A DNA stretch of 64,000 nt from an uncultured Pseudomonadota bacterium. GTDB taxonomy: Bacteria > Pseudomonadota > Alphaproteobacteria > Rs-D84. Shown piece after piece: positions 51,309 through 60,527 of this stretch. The DNA is taken from NCBI GenBank assembly GCA_900321105.1, contig OOHL01000002.1, positions 64,793 through 128,792 of the forward strand, read 5' to 3'. Below the pieces are notes generated by a model that was not told the DNA's origin, searched no databases, and saw only the letters and a program-made list of their open reading frames with translations. Both the position numbers and the translations under genes were made by a program. The first letter of the stretch is position 1, and each line of letters begins with the position of its first letter.

Positions 51309-51386
51309 TGGGGCGGGTGACCAGATTCGAACTGGCGACATTCGGTACCACAAACCGACGCTCTAACCAACTGAGCTACACCCGCC
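51309..51386 (-). tRNA. tRNA-His (anticodon GUG) with G-1
   Basis: The reverse complement folds as a cloverleaf. 8-bp acceptor including G-1:C73, D-arm GCTC/GAGC, anticodon stem TCGGT/ACCGA with loop TTGTGGT, T-loop TTCGAAT, and CCA. Confidence 0.85.
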
Positions 51387-51399
51387 ATAACTTTATTCA

Positions 51400-51429
51400 T
51401 GGTGGAGCTGATCAGACTCGAACTGACGA
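51400..51429 (-). pseudogene. Orphan 3' fragment of tRNA-Ala (T-arm plus acceptor 3' strand plus CCA), a 30-nt direct repeat of 51513-51542
   Basis: Identical 30-mer 'tggtggagctgatcagactcgaactgacga'. The upstream part lacks D and anticodon arms. Confidence 0.6.
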
Positions 51430-51512
51430 GTGCGTTTGCATGTCATCAAGTGTCCCAACCTTTTCCACTATGCACAGACAAAACCTTTCCTATAACAAGA
51501 TTAGTTTTAATC

Positions 51513-51588
51513 TGGTGGAGCTGATCAGACTCGAACTGACGACCCCTTGCATGCCATGCAAGTGCTCTACCAACTGAGCTACAACCCC
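51513..51588 (-). tRNA. tRNA-Ala (anticodon GGC)
   Basis: The reverse complement folds as a cloverleaf with G3:U70. Anticodon stem CTTGC/GCAAG with loop ATGGCAT. T-loop TTCGAGT. A73 and CCA. Confidence 0.85.
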
Positions 51589-51676
51589 ATGCGGCAACTT
51601 ATTCTATATTTCTTCTTGCAAAAAGTCAAATCATTTTGCTATCTTTCCTTAAAGAAGAATACCAAGGAGTAATATT

Positions 51677-52237
51677 ATGGATTATTCAGCACTGAAAAAC
51701 GAAGTCGAACAAAAAACAGCTCAAACACTGGAAGTTTTACAAAATGAATTCGCAGGTTTACGTACAGGACGCGCATCTGTGCATTTGCTGGATGGCGTAA
51801 AAGTCCCGGTTTATGGTTCCGAAATGCCATTGAACCAGGTTGCGACCGTATCAACACCAGACACCCAAACATTGTCAGTCACGGTTTGGGATGCGGCTAA
51901 TGCGCCAGCGGTTGAAAAAGCGATTCGTGATTCAGGTTTGGGATTAAATCCTATGACTGCGGGTGGCGTTATCCGTTTGAATTTGCCACCATTAACCGAG
52001 GAACGTCGTCGTGAATTAACCAAGGTCGCCGGCAAGTATGCCGAAGAAGCCAAAATTTCTATGCGCAACATTCGCCAAGATGCGATGTCCAAAATTAAAC
52101 GCGCGGTCACAGATAAAGAAATTTCTGAAGACGATCAACACAAATATGAAGAAGACATTCAAAAAGTATTTGATGGACGCGGAACCGAAGTTGATGCAAT
52201 GGCTAAACAAAAAGAAGCCGACATTATGTCTGTGTAA
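51677..52237 (+). CDS. frr: Ribosome recycling factor
   Basis: 186 aa. The characteristic 'LRTGRAS' and 'VRDSGLGLNP' motifs are present. Confidence 0.92.
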   Translation: MDYSALKNEVEQKTAQTLEVLQNEFAGLRTGRASVHLLDGVKVPVYGSEMPLNQVATVSTPDTQTLSVTVWDAANAPAVEKAIRDSGLGLNPMTAGGVIRLNLPPLTEERRRELTKVAGKYAEEAKISMRNIRQDAMSKIKRAVTDKEISEDDQHKYEEDIQKVFDGRGTEVDAMAKQKEADIMSV

Positions 52238-52255
52238 TTTACAAAGGGAAATATA

Positions 52256-53014
52256 ATGTTTAATTTCTTAAAGAAAAAAGCCGTTAAATCAGACACGCCG
52301 GCAAAAACACCTCAACACATTGCATTTATTTGTGATGGTAATCGTCGTTGGGCAGAAATGCGTGGTCTGCCACCGTTGATGGGACATCGTGCCGGTATTT
52401 CTAATTTTGAAAACCTGGTTGATTGGTTTATTGCGCGCGGTGTTTCAACAATTACTTTCTATATCTTTTCAACTGAAAATTGGAATCGCAGCAAGGAAGA
52501 AGTCGATTTCCTTATGGATTTATTTTACACTGAATTAAACAAAAATATGAAACACGCATTGGAAAAGAATTTGCGTTATCGAGTTGTTGGTTCACGTGAA
52601 AAATTACCAAAGAAATTGGCAAAACTTTGCGATAAATTGGAAGAAGTTTCTGCAGAAAACACAAATGGAACCGTTGTCTTTGCATTGAATTACGGCGGCC
52701 AGGATGAAATTGTGCGCGCAGTAAATGCGGCAATTGAAAATGGAAAACCTGTTGACAAGGAATCATTTGAAACATTTATGGATACGGGTGATTTGTTGCC
52801 TGTTGATTTAATGGTTCGCACCAGTAATGAAAACAGAATTTCTAATTTCTTACTTTGGAAATTGGCATATGCAGAATTATTGTTTATTCCACAACATTGG
52901 CCAGATTTGGTAAAATCAGAAAAACTTTGGCAATATGTTTTGGATGAATATCAAAAACGCGATCGTCGATTTGGCGGTGGAAAAAAGAAAAACTATTTGG
53001 GAAAGAAAAAATGA
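52256..53014 (+). CDS. uppS: Isoprenyl transferase (undecaprenyl diphosphate synthase)
   Basis: 'HIAFICDGNRRWA' and 'RTSNENRISNFLLWKLAYAEL' motifs. Confidence 0.9.
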   Translation: MFNFLKKKAVKSDTPAKTPQHIAFICDGNRRWAEMRGLPPLMGHRAGISNFENLVDWFIARGVSTITFYIFSTENWNRSKEEVDFLMDLFYTELNKNMKHALEKNLRYRVVGSREKLPKKLAKLCDKLEEVSAENTNGTVVFALNYGGQDEIVRAVNAAIENGKPVDKESFETFMDTGDLLPVDLMVRTSNENRISNFLLWKLAYAELLFIPQHWPDLVKSEKLWQYVLDEYQKRDRRFGGGKKKNYLGKKK

Positions 53015-53679
53015 AACTATCTGAATTATCTAACACAGCATTAAGATTTATATCTGCCGGCGCAATGTTGGCGATATTGGGTGTTGTTATAGCATTGGAA
53101 TATTTTGCTCCGGCAATTCACGCAGTGCAAATTTTAGGACTTTTGATTGTATGCGGTGCAATTTATGAAACAATAAAATGTTTCAGAAATACATCCAGCG
53201 AAACCTTTAACAAAAATGCATTTTATTTCATTTTATTTTTTGCATTGTTAATCTTGATGTTAGTTTCGATATATTTTGTCGGCGCGCGTGCATGGATAAT
53301 GTTATGGCTTTTGACGATTATCGTTGGCGCAGATGTTGGCGGTTGGTTATTCGGCAAGATTTTTGGTGGCGATAAAATGTGGGAACGCATATCGGCACAC
53401 AAAACATGGTCTGGTCAAATTGGTGGTATAATTTGCGGAACATTGATGTCTGTGATATTTTTCCTTTATTTCAAACCATTTGGAAATGATGCTATGTTCG
53501 CAGTGTTGCTGGGTATATCTGTATCATTGCTTTCACAATATGGCGATTTAACGGCCAGCTTTATCAAAAGATGTTTGGGAATAAAAGATTTCGGAAACTT
53601 GCTGCCTGGTCATGGTGGTATCTTGGACAGATTTGATGGTTGGATTTATGTGTTGCCATTTATTTGGTTTTTCATATAA
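53011..53679 (+). CDS. cdsA: Phosphatidate cytidylyltransferase
   Basis: Multi-TM protein with C-terminal 'KRCLGIKDFGNLLPGHGGILDRFD' CTP-transferase signature. Overlaps the uppS stop. Confidence 0.8.
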   Translation: MKLSELSNTALRFISAGAMLAILGVVIALEYFAPAIHAVQILGLLIVCGAIYETIKCFRNTSSETFNKNAFYFILFFALLILMLVSIYFVGARAWIMLWLLTIIVGADVGGWLFGKIFGGDKMWERISAHKTWSGQIGGIICGTLMSVIFFLYFKPFGNDAMFAVLLGISVSLLSQYGDLTASFIKRCLGIKDFGNLLPGHGGILDRFDGWIYVLPFIWFFI

Positions 53680-53707
53680 ACTACAGGCAGGAAAGGAAGA
53701 ATAAATT

Positions 53708-54766
53708 ATGCATACCATTTTAACGATTGTCGCATTACTGATAGTTCTGGGCGTTGTGGTTTTTGTTCACGAAGCCGGACATTTTATGGCTGCGCGTTGG
53801 GCAGGTGTGCGCGTCGATGCATTTTCCATTGGATTTGGACCTGCGATTTTAAAATGGCATGACAAACATAATACTGTTTGGAAGTTATGCTGTTTACCAT
53901 TGGGTGGCTATGTTTCTATTTACGGTCAGGAAGATATGTTCAACCGCAAGAAATACGCCGAATTGCCAAAGGCAAAAAAAGTTGGGCATTATTTATCTGT
54001 TCCGGCGTGGAAACAATTTATAATCATAGCCGCCGGTGTGTTCATGAATTTTATGCTGGCATGGCTTATTTATTCTGCAGATTTTATGTTCCGTCCACGC
54101 AACATCCAATTACCAGTCGTTGGTCAGGTTGTTCGTGACAGTGTTGCATTCAAAGCCGGAGTAAAGGCCGGTGATGTTATCATGAAAATTGATAATGCGA
54201 ATATTGAAAACTGGGGTGAAATAATCATTGCAAAAGAATTGGCTGACAAACATGATGCAAATGTTTTAATCGCACGCAAAGATAAATTGGTAAAGGTATC
54301 ATTGGCCCCATCAGAACGTTGGGGCATCATCGCAGATGGCAGTAAAACTATGTTCCGCAAGAAAGGATTCTTTGGTTCACTTTATTCAGGATTGCGCGAA
54401 ACATATCATCAATCAAAAACATTGTTGGTTGTGTTGAAACAAATTGTGACCGGCGAACGTTCGTCTAAACAACTGGGGTCTTTCATTACTATTGCCCAAG
54501 TTTCCGGTCATGCATTAGAAGCTGGATTCTTTATATTCCTTTCCATCATCGCATTGATTTCTGTGAATCTGGGTGTTGTGAATTTATTACCACTGCCCGT
54601 GCTGGACGGTGGATATTTACTGATTTTAATTATCGAAGCAATTACGCGACGCAAACTGGGGGGCAAAGCAATGGAATATACCATCGTTGTTGGGTGGATT
54701 TTAATCCTGTTGTTGTTTGCCTTTACGATGTGGAACGATATTGCGCGCGTGTTTGGGTTAAATTAA
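53708..54766 (+). CDS. rseP: RIP zinc metalloprotease RseP
   Basis: 'HEAGHF' HExxH in the first TM helix. PDZ region. C-terminal 'LNLLPLPVLDGG' motif. Confidence 0.85.
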   Translation: MHTILTIVALLIVLGVVVFVHEAGHFMAARWAGVRVDAFSIGFGPAILKWHDKHNTVWKLCCLPLGGYVSIYGQEDMFNRKKYAELPKAKKVGHYLSVPAWKQFIIIAAGVFMNFMLAWLIYSADFMFRPRNIQLPVVGQVVRDSVAFKAGVKAGDVIMKIDNANIENWGEIIIAKELADKHDANVLIARKDKLVKVSLAPSERWGIIADGSKTMFRKKGFFGSLYSGLRETYHQSKTLLVVLKQIVTGERSSKQLGSFITIAQVSGHALEAGFFIFLSIIALISVNLGVVNLLPLPVLDGGYLLILIIEAITRRKLGGKAMEYTIVVGWILILLLFAFTMWNDIARVFGLN

Positions 54767-54767
54767 G

Positions 54768-55010
54768 GTGGAAAATATGGCGGATAAGGAAGAAACAAAA
54801 ATTTGTACTGCAAGACACACAGAAAACATCAGGCAAACCCTTGAAAGAGCCATTGTTATGTCACGTGCAGGAAAATCTGATGTAATCGTTCTGTTGAACA
54901 ATGCTCGTTTCAGTGTAAGCTCAAAAACAACACTGAAAGAAGCATTTGATACTTACCTTGCAACACTTGATAAAATATACAGGGCAGAGAAACAATCAAA
55001 TCAAAAATAA
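54768..55010 (+). CDS. Small hypothetical protein between rseP and bamA
   Basis: 80-aa ORF tightly packed between rseP and bamA (1-nt gaps). Confidence 0.3.
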   Translation: MENMADKEETKICTARHTENIRQTLERAIVMSRAGKSDVIVLLNNARFSVSSKTTLKEAFDTYLATLDKIYRAEKQSNQK

Positions 55011-57278
55011 ATGAAAACAAAAGCTTTAACATTTTTATCACTAATTACAATTACTGGCGTTGCGAACGCTGCGAGCGTGTCACGCATTGATGTTGTCGGA
55101 AACCAACGTATGGATGCTGAATCTGTTCGTATTTTATCTGAAGTCAAGGTTGGTGATAATATTAATTCTGAAACTGTGAATGATATTGCAAAGAAATTAC
55201 AGGCCTCTGGTTATTTTTCTTCGGTTAATACCTCGTTAAACGGAAATGTGTTAAAAATAAATGTTGTTGAATCACCTATTATCAATATGGTGACTGTTGA
55301 AGGCAACGATGAAATTGACACAGAAGATTTGAAAAAAGAAATCAAAACGAAAGAACGTGCATCCTATGATAAATCCTTGATTGGTGGTGATGTTCAACGT
55401 CTTTTAACACTTTATCAACGCAAGGGATTTTTTGGAACAAAAATCAATCCAAAGAAAATTGATTTGGATAATAATCGTGTTAATGTTGTATTTGAAATCA
55501 AAGAAGGACACCCAACATATATTGAAAATATTGATTTTGAAAACAATAAAAAATTCCGTTCTTCCACCCTGCGCAAAGAAATGTTATCGCGTGAACATGC
55601 ATGGTGGCGTTTCATGACACAATTTGATGTTTATGATGAAGACCGTATTCAATACGATCAACAATTATTACATCAATTTTATATGCGTAACGGCTTCCTT
55701 GATTTTCGTATAACTGATGTAAAGGGGGAATTTACAGAAGATCGGGAATATTATTCGGTCAAATATACTGTTGATGAAGGCAATCAATATAAAATCGGCG
55801 AAGTTTCGATTGATAATCCATTCCCGGATGTTCCTGACAAAGAATTAAAGAAGGCATTGACCGTATCAAAAAAAGATGTTTATAACATTGATGAAATTGA
55901 TGCCACAATAAATGCTTTGCGTGGTGCGGTTGCCGATCATGGCTATGCGTTTATCAGTGTTGATCCAATTCCAACAAAACACGATGATACGCGGACTGTT
56001 GATATCAACTTTAAAATTCAAAAAACAAATCGCATATATATAAACAGTATAAATTTATTGGGCAATGTTCGTACATTTGACAGTGTTATTGAACATCATT
56101 TACCTATGCGTGAAGGCGATCCTTTTTCACTTCAAACCATCGAAACTGGGCGTCAAAATTTGATGCACACACGTTATTTCAAAGATGTTCAAATGATACC
56201 TACACGCCTGGCTGATGCAAATATGATGAACCTGGATGTAAAGGTTGAAGAACAACCAACGGGTGAATTATCAGGTGGATTTGGTTGGTCAACAATAAAC
56301 GGCTTTATGGTTGATGCCGGAATCACAGAAAACAACTTTATGGGACGCGGTCAAATTGTTCAAATCAAGGGTTCAATCGCACAATATCAACGTCAGGCAT
56401 TATTCAGTTTCACTGAACCTTTCCTTTTCAATCGTGAATTATCGGGTGGGTTTGATGTATCTTACACTCAATATCAATATTCAAAATTGGGTGGTTATGG
56501 ATACGATCGTGATTCATTCATGGTTGCCGGTCGTTTGGGCTGGCGTTTGACAGATCATTGGACACAAACATTGCGTTTATCTGCATCGTTTGATCAAAAC
56601 TATGATTTGAATCAGGGCGGTTGGAACAAAGCAAACCTTTATACCCTTGGAACAAATTTACGTTATTATAATTTAAATACTAATTTCCAACAAAATACAC
56701 ATACTGGTGTTGTTGGAAATATTGGCGCTGCATATACTGGTTTTGGCGGCACAAATACATTTATGCGATACAGCGCAGATATAACAGCCATGGTAAAATT
56801 CTTTGAAGACAGATGGCAATTACGTACTGGTTGGGATTTTGGATATCTGCAATCATTGGAAAGTGATAATTATATTCCGCGTGTTTATCGTTATTTCTTG
56901 GGCGGTGAATCTTTACGTGGATTTGATGTCGCTGGTGTTGGTTCCCGCAATTGGGCATATCAAACCTATTCCCTTGGTGGGTTATGGAAGGCCAATGGTT
57001 CAACACAACTTAATTTCCCTATATTTATTCCAGATGAATACCAGATAAAAGGATTCGTATTTGCAGATTATGGTATATTGGGCAAACCACCAAAGAAAGA
57101 ATATACGTTTGCAGGCCGTGATAATTTGATTGATGAGGATTGGCGAACATCTGTTGGATTTGGTATTTATTGGAATACACCGATGGGGCCAATGAATTTC
57201 TCTTGGGGTTGGCCAATGAAAGTTAATAAATACGATGATGAACGCAGATTCTTGCTTTCATTTGCAACGCAATTCTGA
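55011..57278 (+). CDS. bamA: Outer membrane protein assembly factor BamA
   Basis: Signal peptide, POTRA repeats, and a C-terminal beta-barrel ending '...LSFATQF'. Confidence 0.9.
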   Translation: MKTKALTFLSLITITGVANAASVSRIDVVGNQRMDAESVRILSEVKVGDNINSETVNDIAKKLQASGYFSSVNTSLNGNVLKINVVESPIINMVTVEGNDEIDTEDLKKEIKTKERASYDKSLIGGDVQRLLTLYQRKGFFGTKINPKKIDLDNNRVNVVFEIKEGHPTYIENIDFENNKKFRSSTLRKEMLSREHAWWRFMTQFDVYDEDRIQYDQQLLHQFYMRNGFLDFRITDVKGEFTEDREYYSVKYTVDEGNQYKIGEVSIDNPFPDVPDKELKKALTVSKKDVYNIDEIDATINALRGAVADHGYAFISVDPIPTKHDDTRTVDINFKIQKTNRIYINSINLLGNVRTFDSVIEHHLPMREGDPFSLQTIETGRQNLMHTRYFKDVQMIPTRLADANMMNLDVKVEEQPTGELSGGFGWSTINGFMVDAGITENNFMGRGQIVQIKGSIAQYQRQALFSFTEPFLFNRELSGGFDVSYTQYQYSKLGGYGYDRDSFMVAGRLGWRLTDHWTQTLRLSASFDQNYDLNQGGWNKANLYTLGTNLRYYNLNTNFQQNTHTGVVGNIGAAYTGFGGTNTFMRYSADITAMVKFFEDRWQLRTGWDFGYLQSLESDNYIPRVYRYFLGGESLRGFDVAGVGSRNWAYQTYSLGGLWKANGSTQLNFPIFIPDEYQIKGFVFADYGILGKPPKKEYTFAGRDNLIDEDWRTSVGFGIYWNTPMGPMNFSWGWPMKVNKYDDERRFLLSFATQF

Positions 57279-57346
57279 CATTGTTTTGTCTTGACGGGGG
57301 GGCTAGATTTTTCTTATACTTTTATAAAAGAAAGGAGATTGAACAT

Positions 57347-57500
57347 GAAAAAACTTCTGATAATTTGCACATTGGCAATTGCAGGCCTATCAATGTCTGG
57401 TTGTGGTCAAATATACGATTCCGAACCGGTCAGCATTGGTTATGACAACAATGAATTGAAATTAAGCCCATGCGCATGCATATTGGTTTATCGTGCTTAA
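57347..57500 (+). CDS. Small lipoprotein
   Basis: RBS 'aaaggag'. 'MKKLLIICTLAIAGLSMSGC' signal peptide with lipobox. Confidence 0.35.
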
Positions 57501-57521
57501 TATGTTTGATGGGGGGATGAT

Positions 57522-58220
57522 TTGGATTATCCAAATGATTATAATATAAAATCATTTCCTGCGGGTAAAACGATTGCATTTTCCCGCAGTGTTTCTATTT
57601 GGATTTCCATTGCTTTCTTTTTAATTGTCGCACTTTGTGGTTTTGTATTGTTGGGTATACATTTTAAACAAAATTATCCGTTTTTAATTTCAATTGATCC
57701 TTTTACAGACGAATGGAATGTTGTCACATATCCTGGTAAACAAGACAAAGAAAGCATTCCTCAATATCAGATTGTTCAAGAAAAACTGGTTCAAGATTTC
57801 GTAACTAATTGGTTTACTATTTCTGCAATCACATCGGATAACGAAGAACGTTGGAAATCTTGTTCAATGGAAGAATGTGCAGATGTCGAACAATTTCGTC
57901 CTGACAACATAAAATGCGCCATATCTTGTAAATCGGACGCCGTTGTATTTGAAGATTTTTCAAAAAATGTATTACCAGATTATAAATCAATAATTGTGGC
58001 ACAATCTGGGAAATGGGGTGTTGGCGGTATGTTAATCACACCAAACAAAATCACAAAATCAGGTGGCGCATGGCAAGTTTACACCACCGTTTATTCAACA
58101 TTAAGCCCGGCGTTCAATACATTATCGTTTATAACAATTGAACAAGATCAAAACCTATATCCTGCAACATTAGGCTACTATGTAAAAACATTTAATTCAT
58201 ACAGGTTAATCAATGAATAG
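57522..58220 (+). CDS. N-terminally membrane-anchored periplasmic protein. VirB8/DotI-like topology is possible but unverified.
   Basis: Single TM helix 'IWISIAFFLIVALCGFVLLGI' followed by a ~180-aa soluble domain. Confidence 0.35.
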   Translation: MDYPNDYNIKSFPAGKTIAFSRSVSIWISIAFFLIVALCGFVLLGIHFKQNYPFLISIDPFTDEWNVVTYPGKQDKESIPQYQIVQEKLVQDFVTNWFTISAITSDNEERWKSCSMEECADVEQFRPDNIKCAISCKSDAVVFEDFSKNVLPDYKSIIVAQSGKWGVGGMLITPNKITKSGGAWQVYTTVYSTLSPAFNTLSFITIEQDQNLYPATLGYYVKTFNSYRLINE

Positions 58221-58878
58221 ATTAAAATCGTTTTTAATGGGTTTTATTTTATTGATAATGACTTTTGTCATAATCGTTTTGGTTGCTTTGATTTATCGTG
58301 CTAATGACAGAATGTCTGTACAATCTTATATTTTCCAGACAAACAATTTTGCAAATCAACGCGTTGGCGAATTACAAAACGTCAATGATATTTCCGATGA
58401 GGATTTAAGAAATAAATTGATAAAAAAATATGTATCCGAATATTTTCGGGTCATTCCTGGTGAAAAAGATGTAGAAAACAGACCGGTTCTGGATTTATTA
58501 TCTACGGATACCGCTTTTAAACAATGGCAAAAAGGCGAAGCGCAAAACATTATAAAAATGTCTGAAAAAAATATGTTTCGCATTGTACATGTTCCAGATG
58601 ATGGTATTGCGACACTTAATCGTCCTGCAGATTATAATTACAGGGATACTAATTATCAAAAAATCTATTATTCTGTGCATTATTACATGCAAACATGGAA
58701 CGAACCAAATAAAATGGGGTCAGAACCTGTATTTGAACAAGGCACAATAAATATAGAAGCTGTATTTATGCCGGGCATCGTAGAAGGTGTAAATATTCAA
58801 AAATATCTGGAAAAAGGCTACAGCCCGGCGGGATTATTTAATTTCAGAGTCACGAATATTGGAAACAAGGAATTTTAA
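58213..58878 (+). CDS. N-terminally membrane-anchored periplasmic protein, with the same topology as the upstream gene
   Basis: Single TM helix 'FLMGFILLIMTFVIIVLVALIY' followed by a ~190-aa soluble domain. 8-nt overlap with the upstream gene. Confidence 0.35.
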   Translation: MNRLKSFLMGFILLIMTFVIIVLVALIYRANDRMSVQSYIFQTNNFANQRVGELQNVNDISDEDLRNKLIKKYVSEYFRVIPGEKDVENRPVLDLLSTDTAFKQWQKGEAQNIIKMSEKNMFRIVHVPDDGIATLNRPADYNYRDTNYQKIYYSVHYYMQTWNEPNKMGSEPVFEQGTINIEAVFMPGIVEGVNIQKYLEKGYSPAGLFNFRVTNIGNKEF

Positions 58879-58880
58879 AA

Positions 58881-59657
58881 ATGAAAAAAATCTTTGGTTT
58901 TATGTCTTTAATTATCTTTTTACTTATACCACACGGTATTTTAGCAGATGATTTTTCTTTTGACGACTTTGCCATCGTTGATGACGCAGATACAGACATG
59001 ACAACAGAAAATGTATCATTAAATTCTGGCGCAGGTGTTATAAATGTAAAACAATTTGATATTGCTGGTGCGATGCTTGGTATGACATATGATGAAATAA
59101 ATAATTTATTTTTCAATTCATCAAACCTTTATGCACCACGCAAAAAAGACAGCGTTGTTTACACAATCAACAAAGAATGGAAATATAATTTGGATTACGA
59201 ATGTCGTCAAAATAACATATTTGTTCCAGAACAACTGGAACAATGTATAAAATCTTTGGCACAAAATCGTGGTTTACTGTATGTATCTGAAATTCATTTG
59301 GAACGCGATTTTACTGGGGAAACTGTTGATATTTATTTTACCAGCAATGCAACCGATAATGTTGTTTGGAAAATTGTTTATAATAATGATGTTAATGTTA
59401 TGGATGGCGAAAATGAAAAATTTGCCAATCAACGTGAAAAAAAGATTTTGGCGTTTTGGCAAGGGGTTGTTGATAAATACGGTGTTCCAAATTCAGGTGA
59501 AGACAAATGGATTTCGTCTGAAAACGCTTATGATCCGATGATGCAGGCTTTTTACGGTCAATTGGTATTAATGGATAATGGATTGAATGCGACAGATTCA
59601 TCTGAAAATATCCAAAAAGCACGTGAAAACTTCCAGGCAAAGCCTTATGCTTTTTAA
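58881..59657 (+). CDS. Secreted protein of unknown function
   Basis: Signal peptide 'MKKIFGFMSLIIFLLIPHGILA'. 258 aa. Confidence 0.35.
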   Translation: MKKIFGFMSLIIFLLIPHGILADDFSFDDFAIVDDADTDMTTENVSLNSGAGVINVKQFDIAGAMLGMTYDEINNLFFNSSNLYAPRKKDSVVYTINKEWKYNLDYECRQNNIFVPEQLEQCIKSLAQNRGLLYVSEIHLERDFTGETVDIYFTSNATDNVVWKIVYNNDVNVMDGENEKFANQREKKILAFWQGVVDKYGVPNSGEDKWISSENAYDPMMQAFYGQLVLMDNGLNATDSSENIQKARENFQAKPYAF

Positions 59658-60000
59658 TAAAACATCTTATACAACTGGATTGTATTCCGAATTTTTGGCA
59701 CGTATGTATTTACGCATTCATGGGTATCGCATTTTAAAAAGCAGATACATAACTGGCAAAAAGACAGGTCGCGCAGAAATTGATATTATTGCCCAGAAAA
59801 GAAATACTATTGTTTTTGTCGAGGTCAAAGCACGGCAAAATATTCCTGCGGCGTGGGATGCAATAACAGCCGCACAATCAGCGCGATTACGTCGTGCCGC
59901 AGAAACATATTTAATAAACAAACACTGGACTGGCGATGCTCGTTTTGATGTAATTGTTGTTTGTGGTCATAAAATATATTGGGCAAAAAATGCCATTTAG
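59647..60000 (+). CDS. yraN: YraN-family (UPF0102) endonuclease-like protein
   Basis: 'GKKTGRAEIDIIAQKRNTIVFVEVKAR' matches the conserved UPF0102 core. The ORF is open from 59587. Confidence 0.6.
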   Translation: MLFNKTSYTTGLYSEFLARMYLRIHGYRILKSRYITGKKTGRAEIDIIAQKRNTIVFVEVKARQNIPAAWDAITAAQSARLRRAAETYLINKHWTGDARFDVIVVCGHKIYWAKNAI

Positions 60001-60257
60001 TTTTTTATAACTGCACTTTTAATCAATGTGACATCTTCCTTGATTCCGTCTATCTTTAATTGTAATTGCCCGATACCAGATTCTAATATTGTTGTTCGAT
60101 TTTCCAATGATGTTATCCGCTGATTCATATGCTCTATTTCCGAAAGCGAAGAATCTTGACGTGCAACCCAATAAATCATCCCTGCAATAAACGCAATAAG
60201 GAACCAACTGTCGCGCAAAATATCTAAAAACGAGAATATGTTTTGTTGTTTTGTCAT
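59997..60257 (-). CDS. Small membrane-anchored coiled-coil protein, possibly phage-derived
   Basis: 86 aa with one TM helix 'WFLIAFIAGMIYWV' followed by a heptad-rich tail. Confidence 0.3.
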   Translation of the reverse strand: MTKQQNIFSFLDILRDSWFLIAFIAGMIYWVARQDSSLSEIEHMNQRITSLENRTTILESGIGQLQLKIDGIKEDVTLIKSAVIKN

Positions 60258-60315
60258 CTATTTTTTAATAATTTACCATAAAAACATACGGCAATATGTA
60301 AAAGTATTATGTTTA

Positions 60316-60525
60316 TTATGTTGGATTATTTCCCCTTTTTATAAAATTTTCTATTTGATGAACTAATGCATTTTGTGACGCCCACCATCGCAAGTCTTCA
60401 TTTGACACATTTGGCCCTAAAACGCGTTCGATGGTTAATTCGCGTAAATGCTTTATCACCTGTTTACCAGATGGAGTATTAAAAGTACGCGCATAATATT
60501 TTTCAATATCATTCATCATATTCAC
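60316..60525 (-). CDS. Hypothetical 69-aa protein
   Basis: It immediately follows the portal-like gene (2-nt gap). Confidence 0.25.
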   Translation of the reverse strand: MNMMNDIEKYYARTFNTPSGKQVIKHLRELTIERVLGPNVSNEDLRWWASQNALVHQIENFIKRGNNPT

Positions 60526-60527
60526 CC

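Noticed and set aside
51400-51470. Possible third tRNA between tRNA-His and tRNA-Ala
   Set aside because: Only the T-arm and acceptor 3' strand are present. Upstream sequence cannot form D or anticodon arms. It was called as a duplicated 3' fragment, not a gene.
59269-59541. 90-aa plus-strand ORF and 59274..59462 / 59398..59640 minus-strand ORFs
   Set aside because: They are embedded in the secreted-protein gene 58881..59657. They lack start context and are considered non-coding.
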